A DNA stretch of 64,000 nucleotides from Candidatus Aenigmatarchaeota archaeon (GTDB lineage: Archaea > Aenigmatarchaeota > Aenigmatarchaeia > CG10238-14 > SCSR01). The stretch spans positions 41,620 to 105,619 of the forward strand of contig JAWBWS010000001.1 in assembly GCA_038999725.1 (NCBI GenBank), in the 5' to 3' direction. Within the stretch, counting starts at the first letter, position 1. Every line of letters starts with the position of its first letter. The position numbers and the translations under genes were made by a program. This document shows positions 55,521-64,000 of this stretch, one piece after another. The notes beneath the pieces are model-generated. The model was not told where the DNA came from. It ran no database searches and worked only from the letters and a program-made list of their open reading frames with translations.

Positions 55521-56339
55521 ATGCAGAGCCCTGAGCAAGTTGTTAACAGAATAAAGTCTGTCCAAGTTCAAGGTGCAAAAGAAATAGCTCTTTATTCTTT
55601 AAGATATTTAAGAAAGTTTTGTGAAAAATATGGTTTTGGATTGAAGTTTGAAGTCGTTGCTATGATGCTTGAAAATGCTAGACCAACCGCTGTTGTTTTA
55701 CACAATTGCTTAGAAATTCTCAAAAAAGAGAGGAAACTTAGAACAATCGACAAGCTTATAAAAGAATTACAAGAATCCACAAAAAAAATAGCAAAGATTG
55801 GACAAAAAATAGTAAAGAATAATCAAAAAATTTTGACTCATTGCCACTCGGGAGAAGCCTTATCTATAATAAAAGAAGCTGCAAGACTTGGTAAAAAAAT
55901 CTCTGTTTATGCAACAATTACAGAACCTTTAAAGCAAGGTATCAAAACAGCCCGAGAGCTGGCAAGAGAAAAAATTCCTGTAACTTTGGGTGAAGACATA
56001 GCTGTAGGTCATTTGATGTATTATGCTGATATTATAATCGTGGGCTCTGACGCCATCAGGAAAGAAGGTTTTGTCAATAAAGTTGGTACTTGGTTAATAG
56101 CAGAAGAAGCTAAAAGACATAAAAAACCTTTTTATGTGGTCGGGAGCCATTTCAAGTTCGACTCTAGAAAGAAGCTTGTACTTGAAGAAAGACCTGCTTC
56201 TGAAATTTTACCAAAACCGATAAGAGGGGTGAAGGTTAGAAATCCTGCTTTTGATCTTGTACCTTGGAGTTATGTCACAGCTGTAATAACTGATAAAGGG
56301 ATTTTTAAACCGGAAAAAATAAAAGAGATGATAAGATGA
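55521..56339 (+). CDS. Ribose-1,5-bisphosphate isomerase (eIF-2B family)
   Basis: VQGA; RPTAV; THCHS; VGSD; NKVGT; NPAFD; directly upstream of rbcL. Confidence 0.9.
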   Translation: MQSPEQVVNRIKSVQVQGAKEIALYSLRYLRKFCEKYGFGLKFEVVAMMLENARPTAVVLHNCLEILKKERKLRTIDKLIKELQESTKKIAKIGQKIVKNNQKILTHCHSGEALSIIKEAARLGKKISVYATITEPLKQGIKTARELAREKIPVTLGEDIAVGHLMYYADIIIVGSDAIRKEGFVNKVGTWLIAEEAKRHKKPFYVVGSHFKFDSRKKLVLEERPASEILPKPIRGVKVRNPAFDLVPWSYVTAVITDKGIFKPEKIKEMIR

Positions 56340-57556
56340 AATATTCAGACTATCTGGACTTCAAATATAAGCCTGGAAAAAATGATTTGATTTGTTGTTT
56401 TAGAGTTGAACCTGAAAAGGGAGAAAGTATAAAAGAGGTGGCAGGAGCTATTGCTGCTGAAAGTAGCATAGGAACTTGGACTGAAGTTTCAACAAAACCA
56501 TATGTAAAGAAATTAGCTGCAAGAGTTTTTGAAATAAAAGAAGATTTTGTGAAAATAGCTTACCCGCTTGACTTGTTTGAACCAGGAAACTTACCAAGCA
56601 TCTTGAGTGGAATTGCTGGGAATATTTTTGGTATGAAGCATCTGAAAAATTTAAAGTTGGTTGATGTGAAATTTCCAGAAAAAATTTTAAAAAGTTTTAA
56701 AGGACCTAAGTATGGGATAGAAGGAATAAGAAAGATTTTAAAAGTGAGGGGAAGACCATTGATAGGAACTATAATCAAGCCTAAGATTGGTCTTAAAAGT
56801 GACGATCATGCAAAAGTTGCTTACGAAGCTTGGGTTGGTGGTTGTGATCTTGTCAAGGATGATGAAAATTTGAGCTCTCAAAAATTCAATAAATTTGAAG
56901 AGAGGTTGAAAAAGACTTTTAAGATGAAGGAAAAAGCAGAAAGAGAAACTGGAGAAAAGAAGGCTTACATGATAAACATAACAGCTGAAACTGAAGAAAT
57001 GATCAAAAGGGCAAAAATTGTTGAAGAAATTGGAAATGAATATGTGATGATTGACGTTATTACAGTTGGGTGGTCTGCCTTACAGACTTTAAGAAATAAA
57101 GATTTTGATCTTGTGCTTCACGGTCATAGAGCTGGACATGCTATCATAACAAAAAACCCAAAACATGGGATTTCTATGAAGGTTTTGGCAAAGCTTATGA
57201 GGATTATTGGCATTGATCAATTACATGTTGGTACTGGAGTTGGAAAGATGTTTGAAAGTAAAGAAGAAGTGTTGGAAAATTGTAGGGTTTTGAAAGAAAA
57301 GATGTGGAAATTTAAGCCTGTGATGCCTGTTGCTTCTGGTGGTCTTCATCCTGCCTTAATTCCAAAAATTGTTGAAATTTTTGGAAAAAATGTTGTTATT
57401 CAAGCTGGTGGTGGAATACATGGTCACAAGCTCGGTACAAGAGCAGGGGCGATTGCCATGAGACAAGCAATTGATGCTGTAGAAAGAGGAATTCCTTTGA
57501 AAAAATATGCGGCAAGCCATAAAGAGCTTAAAGTTGCCTTAGAGGGGTTTAAATGA
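56336..57556 (+). CDS. rbcL: RubisCO form III
   Basis: AESSIGTW; GTIIKPKIGL; KDDEN; HRAGH; HVGT; GKM; SGG; QAGGG - all catalytic motifs present. Confidence 0.96.
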   Translation: MKYSDYLDFKYKPGKNDLICCFRVEPEKGESIKEVAGAIAAESSIGTWTEVSTKPYVKKLAARVFEIKEDFVKIAYPLDLFEPGNLPSILSGIAGNIFGMKHLKNLKLVDVKFPEKILKSFKGPKYGIEGIRKILKVRGRPLIGTIIKPKIGLKSDDHAKVAYEAWVGGCDLVKDDENLSSQKFNKFEERLKKTFKMKEKAERETGEKKAYMINITAETEEMIKRAKIVEEIGNEYVMIDVITVGWSALQTLRNKDFDLVLHGHRAGHAIITKNPKHGISMKVLAKLMRIIGIDQLHVGTGVGKMFESKEEVLENCRVLKEKMWKFKPVMPVASGGLHPALIPKIVEIFGKNVVIQAGGGIHGHKLGTRAGAIAMRQAIDAVERGIPLKKYAASHKELKVALEGFK

Positions 57557-57831
57557 AAAAACATCTATTTATATTGGTGTTACTTTTTGTGTCGGCTTTT
57601 TCAGTTATAGTTTTCCATAAACTAACAAAAAATATTTGTGTTTTTGACTTGGAGTGTAAGTGGAAAATAACAAATTGCTGCCCTGAGAGTATGGGAGCAA
57701 AATGGGAATGTGTAAACATAAAATCTTTTAATGAACTTGAATGCCCAAAATATGTGATTTGCCCGCAATTTTTATCTCCAAAACCAAATTTATCTTGTAA
57801 GTGTGAAAGGGGAGGTTGTGTGGTAAGATGA
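57553..57831 (+). CDS. Small secreted 10-Cys protein
   Basis: Signal/TM followed by 10 Cys in about 65 aa; ATGA overlaps at both ends. Confidence 0.75.
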   Translation: MKKHLFILVLLFVSAFSVIVFHKLTKNICVFDLECKWKITNCCPESMGAKWECVNIKSFNELECPKYVICPQFLSPKPNLSCKCERGGCVVR

Positions 57832-59369
57832 AAGTGAAGGTAAAAATCTTGGAGCTTGAAACAGGTGGCAAACCCATACTCATAGTTAACAAGGAAGATG
57901 CTGAAGAGTTGGGGATAAGAAGCTTGTCTAGAGTTGTGATAAAAAAGGGGGGAAGAAAGTTAACTGGAATAGTCAACATAACCACAAAACTTGTTGATCA
58001 AGGGAAGATTGGTGTTAGTGAAAGTGTTGCCAAAAATTTGAATTTAACCAACAGGGATGAAGTAGAAATTGAAGTTGCAAGATTTCCCTCTTCCCTCCAA
58101 CACATTAAAAATAAACTCAAGGGAAAAAAGTTGAGTTATGAAGAAATTTTTGAAATAGTTAGGGATGTTGTTGAAGGAAATTTGAGTGAAGCTGAAATTG
58201 CCTCTTTTGTTGTTGCTTTGGAAACAAAAGGTTTAGATTTGGATGAAGCAGCAAGCTTATCTTTAGCAATGGTTGAAACTGGAAGAAAGCTTGAACTTAA
58301 GAAGAAAGTTATAGTTGATAAACATAGCATAGGGGGGATTGCTGGGGATAAAACTACTCTGCTTGTTGTGCCTATTGTTGCAGCTGCTGGCTTAACTATA
58401 CCGAAGACTTCCTCTCGAGCTATAACAGGAGCTGCTGGAACTGCTGATAGGGCTGAATGTTTGATGCCTGTCAATTTAAGCATAGAGGAGATGAAGAAGG
58501 TTATCGAAAAAACAAATGGTTGTATAGCTTGGGGTGGAGCTCTGCATTTAGCTCCTGCTGATGATGTGTTCATCCAAGCAGAATATTCTTTAACCATAGA
58601 CCCATTACTTTTACCTTCTATAATGGCAAAGAAAAAGGCTGTTGGCGCCAAATTCTTGGTTGTTGACATACCAACAGGAAGAGGAGCAAAGATGAAAACC
58701 ATAGGGGATGCTAGCTTGCTTGCAAAAGACTTCATCGAGCTTGGTAAACGATTGGAAATAAAAACTAGATGTGCTATAACAGATGGTGAGCAACCTCTAG
58801 GCTATGCAATTGGTCCTGCCTTGGAAGCAAAAGAAGCTCTAGAAGTTTTAATGGGAAGAAAAGTTCAAGATCTTGTAGATAAAGCTGCTCACCTAGCAGG
58901 AATTTTGTTTGAGATGGTTGGGAAGAAAAATGGTTATAAGTTAGCTCTTGAAATCTTGAAATCTGGAAAAGCTGAAAGAAAGATGAGGGAAATAATTGCA
59001 GTTCAAGGAGGGAATGAAAATATAAAACCAGAGGAAATTCAGGTAGGAGCAAACAAACTTGATATAATAGCTGAAAAAAGTGGTATAGTCCTTTGGCTTA
59101 ATAATGCTGGAATAAATGAAGTTGCAAGAGCTGCAGGATCACCAAAAGATAAAGGTGCTGGCATATTGCTTTATAAGAAGCTGAATGACAAAGTCTCTAA
59201 AGGCGAAAAATTGTTGACAATATATGCAGAAAAATCAAGAAAGCTGGAGAGGGCGAGAGAAGTTTTTGAAGAGGGGAATGTAATTGGTATTGGTGATAGG
59301 AGAGAAATGTTAATTCAACAAATAGAAGAAATTCCAGTACACAAAAAGACTTTCATCCTTGAAAGATAA
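57828..59369 (+). CDS. AMP phosphorylase (thymidine phosphorylase family)
   Basis: DKHSIGGIAGDKT; KTSSRAITGAAGTAD; QPLGYAIGPALEA; N-terminal double-psi-barrel-like extension. Confidence 0.95.
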   Translation: MKVKVKILELETGGKPILIVNKEDAEELGIRSLSRVVIKKGGRKLTGIVNITTKLVDQGKIGVSESVAKNLNLTNRDEVEIEVARFPSSLQHIKNKLKGKKLSYEEIFEIVRDVVEGNLSEAEIASFVVALETKGLDLDEAASLSLAMVETGRKLELKKKVIVDKHSIGGIAGDKTTLLVVPIVAAAGLTIPKTSSRAITGAAGTADRAECLMPVNLSIEEMKKVIEKTNGCIAWGGALHLAPADDVFIQAEYSLTIDPLLLPSIMAKKKAVGAKFLVVDIPTGRGAKMKTIGDASLLAKDFIELGKRLEIKTRCAITDGEQPLGYAIGPALEAKEALEVLMGRKVQDLVDKAAHLAGILFEMVGKKNGYKLALEILKSGKAERKMREIIAVQGGNENIKPEEIQVGANKLDIIAEKSGIVLWLNNAGINEVARAAGSPKDKGAGILLYKKLNDKVSKGEKLLTIYAEKSRKLERAREVFEEGNVIGIGDRREMLIQQIEEIPVHKKTFILER

Positions 59370-59387
59370 AAAAAGAAAGGGAAAAGC

Positions 59388-59669
59388 TTACTTTGCAAGA
59401 GTTATTGTTATTGTTGAAACATTGATCTTCGTCTTGTCTTCAAGCTCCTTTTCTTCAGTCCCTATTTCAATGTGTTTGACTTTTGCATCTGGAACAAATC
59501 TCTTGGTAACAATCTCTGCTACATCCACTGCTCTAGAAATAGCCTTTCCTCTTGCTTTTACCTGTACTTCCTTCTTGCCGTTGTTGAACTGGGTTATCAC
59601 AGCCAACACATAAGCCATGGAAGGCTTCTTACCGACGAAGATCACATTGTCTTCTGACTTTTCTGCCAT
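59388..59669 (-). CDS. albA: DNA/RNA-binding protein Alba
   Basis: [11 protein letters not shown]; [15 protein letters not shown]; NVSTITI. Confidence 0.97.
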   Translation of the reverse strand: MAEKSEDNVIFVGKKPSMAYVLAVITQFNNGKKEVQVKARGKAISRAVDVAEIVTKRFVPDAKVKHIEIGTEEKELEDKTKINVSTITITLAK

Positions 59670-59741
59670 TCAATCACACCTCCTGTTTTTGAGAGTTGTT
59701 TATTTAGGTTAATTAAATTTAGTTTAGAAATATTTAAAAGC

Positions 59742-60989
59742 TTATTCACAACCTGTACACCAATCTCCATGTGGGCATATACAATTACCATTGGACTCTA
59801 TGCAAGATGTTTCCTTATAACAGTTACTTGACTTTAGCTTAACCATAGCGTGAACGCTGAAAGTCAAATGTCTGTCACCTGAAACTGAAAGCAAATATTT
59901 ATTATCGGTGCAAGAGAAAACTGCCTCCATTGAGCCTTTTGTCTCGGCCCAAGCTTTACACTTTTTGTTCGAACAAATGTCAGAAAAATAAATTTGGCTT
60001 TTCGGTTTTTGGAAGAAAGAAATTGATAATGGGATATAACCTAAGCTCTTACTCTCCCTCATTCCAAAGAGAATGGATTTAGAGCATAGTTCTCCTGATG
60101 CTTCTACAAAACAATTGTTGCAAGCAGGTGCATCTTCCCAATTCATGCATCCAAATGTGGTAGAACAAGGTACAAGCTCATGATAGCAACCTATCAGATT
60201 TGTTGTACATTTAACATACTCATCAAAAGAATCTTGCAAAATTTTTCTCGCATCTTCAATCACATTCTCCAAACATAACTGAAATTCTGGGCAAGTTGAT
60301 GAGCAAAATGCACAACCTCCAATATAATTAGAATTTCCACAAGCACATATTTCTGAAAGACAGTTACACACACCTCTAACCAAAATTTCTGACCCAAGAG
60401 GTAACCACTCCCTAAATTTCCTGTACATGTACCAAAACCTGTTCTGTGCTATTTGCTCATAAACCTCATTTGAAGATGTGACAGAATTTTCTTCAAGTGT
60501 TATGTTAATTTTACTGCCGTAAGCACCAACACTAAATTTTTCATCATTATCTCCAGAAAGCACAGAAATTTCATTTACATCATAATCAACACAAGTTGAG
60601 CTTGTTATGTTTATGACTGGTAAATCTTGAAGCTTAAAATTTCTCAGGTATTCATTTAAACTCCTCCTTGTTTCTTCTGAAAGGAAAAATCTTACTTCAT
60701 CCACTTTTGGCGAAACATCACCATTGCAGATCCAACTTCTTGGAAAGCCTGAACTGCTTGTCTGTCCACCTTGACCTGCAACATATTTTGTCTCAGCATA
60801 GACAGCAAAGATAAGGGCATTTCTCGTGAATCCCTTAACATAATCCAGATATTTTGAAATTTTGGAAAGTATTGTCTCTTGAATAATCCTTTGGGATGAA
60901 GTTGTGGTAGAAAATGTTGATATCAACCAAAAGATGAAAAAAACTGCTACAAGAAAAACCAAAACTAACAGACTCGATTGAGATTTCAT
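59742..60989 (-). CDS. Cys-rich class III signal-peptide (pilin-like) protein
   Basis: MKSQ followed by a hydrophobic stretch; numerous Cys in the C-terminal half. Confidence 0.65.
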   Translation of the reverse strand: MKSQSSLLVLVFLVAVFFIFWLISTFSTTTSSQRIIQETILSKISKYLDYVKGFTRNALIFAVYAETKYVAGQGGQTSSSGFPRSWICNGDVSPKVDEVRFFLSEETRRSLNEYLRNFKLQDLPVINITSSTCVDYDVNEISVLSGDNDEKFSVGAYGSKINITLEENSVTSSNEVYEQIAQNRFWYMYRKFREWLPLGSEILVRGVCNCLSEICACGNSNYIGGCAFCSSTCPEFQLCLENVIEDARKILQDSFDEYVKCTTNLIGCYHELVPCSTTFGCMNWEDAPACNNCFVEASGELCSKSILFGMRESKSLGYIPLSISFFQKPKSQIYFSDICSNKKCKAWAETKGSMEAVFSCTDNKYLLSVSGDRHLTFSVHAMVKLKSSNCYKETSCIESNGNCICPHGDWCTGCE

Positions 60990-60990
60990 C

Positions 60991-62523
60991 TCACCACACC
61001 TTTAAATGTAAGTAAATTATTTCTCCTCTCCAACTTGGTATTGGGATTGGGGCGAAAAATGTTGTAATCCTGTCTGTAGGCTTTGGTTTATAGCCAAACT
61101 CAACACTCTTTCCTGTTGTTATTGGAGGAGTATTGTAACTAGTGAAAAAGTTGTAAACATAGTGCCCTGAACCAAATTTATTACTTATTTCAAGTTTAAG
61201 GTTCCTATCAAATCTTTGAATCTCGGTATTTAAACATGTAACCCAAATTTTGCCCAAGATGTCTATCCCCACCCCCGTTGGTTCTCTGCAAGTTTTGCTC
61301 CTGTCCAATTCATTACCATCTTTATCATATTTCACTATCAAGTCTTTTTCTGAAGAAACTGCATAGATGTTTTCCTCACCATCTACCATTACTCCTCTAC
61401 CTTTCCTTAATTCTGGTTTTTCTAGATTAAAGATGACTGAGCCTGTAGTTGTGTTGAGTTTTATTAGTCTTGAATCAGTCCAAGAATTAATTACAATACA
61501 ATCTTCAGAATAGCATGGTGCTATTCCATACACCATATACCCTATATCTATTGGCTTAAAAATCTCAGTTGAAGGATTAAACCCAAGTAATTTTTTTTGG
61601 TTAACAGCAGAAATCCAAACTATTCCATCTTTATCAACAAAACAACCATAAGGATTGACCCAAAGCTGAGCTAAATCCCATTCATCTAAAATTTTACCGT
61701 CAATCGAAACTTTGAAGAATTTTTTCTCTCTATACAAACCAACATAAACAACATTTTCTTTTTCACTGAAACAAACTGCTCTAACACCTTCTGCCCCGAA
61801 ATTTCCATAATCATTGCCCCCTAAAAAAACTTCTGCCAAAAGACATTCGTCCTCACCAAAGGGAAGAACCTCATTATCATCTATGATGCCATTGTTATTC
61901 AAATCTTCTGAAGTTTCAATTTTTCCATCACCATTCCTATCAACACATTGACCATTCTCTTTTAGACCAATCTTCACCAAAGTTCTTGTTCCTCTGTTAC
62001 CAACCCACACATTCCCCTCTTTGTCTATAGATACTCTAGAGGGATTGCCATTTTTACCTTTTGGTACAGTATAATATCTCCCAAGCTCTCTTCCGTCAAG
62101 AATAGAAACTTTTGAAACAGAGTTACCAGAATCGGAATTTGGTATCCAGAGTACATGAAAAACTTCGGTCTTTGCTGTAAGATTTAAGTTCCACTTATCT
62201 TGAAAGTGGAAATCGAAATACTCGTAAATCAATTTTGTCACATTTATTCCACCGTATTTTTCCCCGTAATTCACAATATCTTCTCCACCGTTAACAATCA
62301 TATCACCAAGCATTTGGCCATAAGTTTTGTCGAATTTTGGAATTTTTATGTAAAAGAAGTTTCTTACAGCTTCAACCACCCTTTCATATTGGTATTGGGC
62401 GGAAACCATAGCCATAGATTCTTGACTCCTTGAAGAAGAAAAAAAGTAAGTGATGAAAAATAAGATTGAAACACCAACAACTAAAATTAATAGATCCATT
62501 AATTCTGTGGTCTGGGCTTTCAC
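60991..62523 (-). CDS. Pilin-like protein with inserted beta-propeller (Vgb/NHL-like) and Ca-binding loops; GTG start 62523
   Basis: MKAQTTE plus hydrophobic stretch; repeats IDKEGNVWV, VDKDGIVWI, VDGEENIY, IDILGKIWV; DRNGDG and DLNNNG loops; GGTGA SD. Confidence 0.7.
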   Translation of the reverse strand: MKAQTTELMDLLILVVGVSILFFITYFFSSSRSQESMAMVSAQYQYERVVEAVRNFFYIKIPKFDKTYGQMLGDMIVNGGEDIVNYGEKYGGINVTKLIYEYFDFHFQDKWNLNLTAKTEVFHVLWIPNSDSGNSVSKVSILDGRELGRYYTVPKGKNGNPSRVSIDKEGNVWVGNRGTRTLVKIGLKENGQCVDRNGDGKIETSEDLNNNGIIDDNEVLPFGEDECLLAEVFLGGNDYGNFGAEGVRAVCFSEKENVVYVGLYREKKFFKVSIDGKILDEWDLAQLWVNPYGCFVDKDGIVWISAVNQKKLLGFNPSTEIFKPIDIGYMVYGIAPCYSEDCIVINSWTDSRLIKLNTTTGSVIFNLEKPELRKGRGVMVDGEENIYAVSSEKDLIVKYDKDGNELDRSKTCREPTGVGIDILGKIWVTCLNTEIQRFDRNLKLEISNKFGSGHYVYNFFTSYNTPPITTGKSVEFGYKPKPTDRITTFFAPIPIPSWRGEIIYLHLKVW

Positions 62524-63917
62524 ACAATCACCTTTAAAGTATCGTCTTGATTTTTGGTGTAAACCTTGTATTTCCCAGGCGAAAGATTGAAAGATTCTAT
62601 TTTTTTGTTGCAACCAAGTCTTTGGCAAATTTTCTTTCCCCCAATTTCTAGACATATTTTATTTACAGAAGATTCAAAAGAAAGTGGATAATGAAAGGTG
62701 AATGTATCTTGAAAATCTGTGTTTGTTAAACAACTCTTGTCTAAGAAACCTCTGAACTCTTCTAGCTCTCCGTCCACAATTGTTATAGTTATCTTTCCGG
62801 GGATTATCGTTGTTTCATCGACTAGAACATTTATTGGAGAGGAAATCGAAATAACTTGCCTTAAAGCTTCCTTTTCTGAAAATTCCTCATCACCAAAACT
62901 CCATATCATGGGGGGAATTTCCACATCAAGATATTCTTTTGATTTTGAGACAAGCTCTTCACATGTTCTTGCATCAAAGAATTGGCCATTGGTTAGTGAT
63001 GCTATTTCTTCTAGTATTACCACATCCGCATCTGAACCATATGCAACTGTGTAAACTGGAATACCTGTGAATATATAGCTCTTCGAAACTTGGATGCTCG
63101 AGCCACATATGTTTTCTATTCCGTCAGTGAGCAAAACTATGGCTTGACCGCCATTTGATGTAGCATATTCGAACCCCTTTTTAAGGCCAGAAGCCATGGG
63201 CGTGGAATCGAGGGGATTGAGTGAAGAAATTTTAGCTTTAAGACTATTCCTTATTTGCAAGTTATTCAATTTTGTGAAGGGGAAAAGCAATTTTGGATTA
63301 CAACTATTTTCATCTCCATAAGGAATTACGGCAATTTCACTTTCATCACTCATTTTTTCAATAAAGCCATACATGAAAAGTTTTAAACAACAGATTTTTG
63401 TGTCTTTAAGCACATCAGCATCACATTTACCACCAAAGTCAAACATACTTCCCGAGACATCTAGAACAAAAACCACTTTTTTACCATCTATTAGAGAAAA
63501 TAATTTTTTGAAGACAGCTCCCTCGAAATTACTCCCTCTTATAAGTTCAAAAGAACTTATGTTTAAAGGAAGTGTCTCTATTTTAACCTTATACCCAAAC
63601 TCAAAATCCCTTGCACATGTGGGTTGCATGTCTTTGAATTTCAAGAAGTAGTCGAGTTTTTCCTTATCTAAAATTCTATGGGAACTAAGGTTTATTGCTC
63701 TTTTCTCCACACCACCTTTTTCCTTGTAGGCTAAGCAATTGATATTGCCTGTAAGAATATCCAACAATCTATTTGCCCTTTCTGTGAGCAACAGGCTCTT
63801 TTCTTGTTTAACAGAAATGAGGTTGGAGTAAAAAATTTCGTTGAGAAAAATTGCTATGGTAACTAAAACCAAAATAATGTAAATTCCCTTTATGAGCAAA
63901 CTTGTTTGACCCCTCAT
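62520..63917 (-). CDS. Pilin-like protein with von Willebrand A domain
   Basis: MRGQ plus hydrophobic stretch; MIDAS DVSGS...TP...LLTDG. Confidence 0.85.
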   Translation of the reverse strand: MRGQTSLLIKGIYIILVLVTIAIFLNEIFYSNLISVKQEKSLLLTERANRLLDILTGNINCLAYKEKGGVEKRAINLSSHRILDKEKLDYFLKFKDMQPTCARDFEFGYKVKIETLPLNISSFELIRGSNFEGAVFKKLFSLIDGKKVVFVLDVSGSMFDFGGKCDADVLKDTKICCLKLFMYGFIEKMSDESEIAVIPYGDENSCNPKLLFPFTKLNNLQIRNSLKAKISSLNPLDSTPMASGLKKGFEYATSNGGQAIVLLTDGIENICGSSIQVSKSYIFTGIPVYTVAYGSDADVVILEEIASLTNGQFFDARTCEELVSKSKEYLDVEIPPMIWSFGDEEFSEKEALRQVISISSPINVLVDETTIIPGKITITIVDGELEEFRGFLDKSCLTNTDFQDTFTFHYPLSFESSVNKICLEIGGKKICQRLGCNKKIESFNLSPGKYKVYTKNQDDTLKVIV

Positions 63918-64000
63918 CTCACAACCTTTATCTTATACATAAGAAAAATTATTAGCACAGCCATACTGCCAATAAGAATCAAGTATAGGTAAGTTGGAGT
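63914..64000 (-). CDS. 3' end of a membrane-anchored protein (starts beyond the window)
   Basis: TPTYLYLILIGSMAVLIIFLMYKIKVVR*; ATGA overlap with the vWA gene. Confidence 0.6.
   Translation of the reverse strand, partial: TPTYLYLILIGSMAVLIIFLMYKIKVVR

Noticed and set aside
56336-57556. RubisCO as a sign of Calvin-cycle autotrophy
   Set aside because: Its context is the AMP salvage pathway, and no phosphoribulokinase is in the window.

Overview
AT-rich archaeal chromosome segment, most consistent with a DPANN lineage (Aenigmarchaeota-like; this is inference from gene content, not a phylogeny). (1) 1-20.5 kb: a large cell-surface locus with a 1954-aa surface protein, about nine secreted or membrane-anchored Ig/pilin-like proteins, four small winged-helix proteins and three MinD paralogs. 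(2) 20.5-30 kb: cdc48, CBS protein, thermonuclease, DJ-1, Pth2, glycosyltransferases and several microproteins missing from the ORF track. (3) An S-layer gene, then housekeeping genes: HDAC, SRP RNA, EndoQ, rpS17e, tRNA splicing endonuclease, Topo VI A/B, aIF-1A, NMD3. (4) Isoprenoid genes (uppS, two GGR-family genes), an R15P isomerase-RubisCO form III-AMP phosphorylase operon, Alba, and class III signal-peptide pilin-like genes. RNA splicing is the dominant theme. All 8 tRNA genes carry introns (11 in total, 6 at non-canonical positions). The uppS gene is interrupted by a 32-nt bulge-helix-bulge (BHB) intron whose removal exactly restores the frame, a candidate pre-mRNA intron outside crenarchaeal cbf5. 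Three tRNA introns (Gln, Leu, Trp) carry the same miniature D'/C'-box element with a guide that co-varies with its own anticodon and points at wobble position 34. The splicing endonuclease lacks the canonical catalytic Lys and has a basic loop insertion. Patches of nucleotide identity between paralogs and domains suggest gene conversion. Several single-base homopolymer frameshifts may be assembly errors. No CRISPR array or rRNA was seen. All alignments and RNA folds were done by eye.
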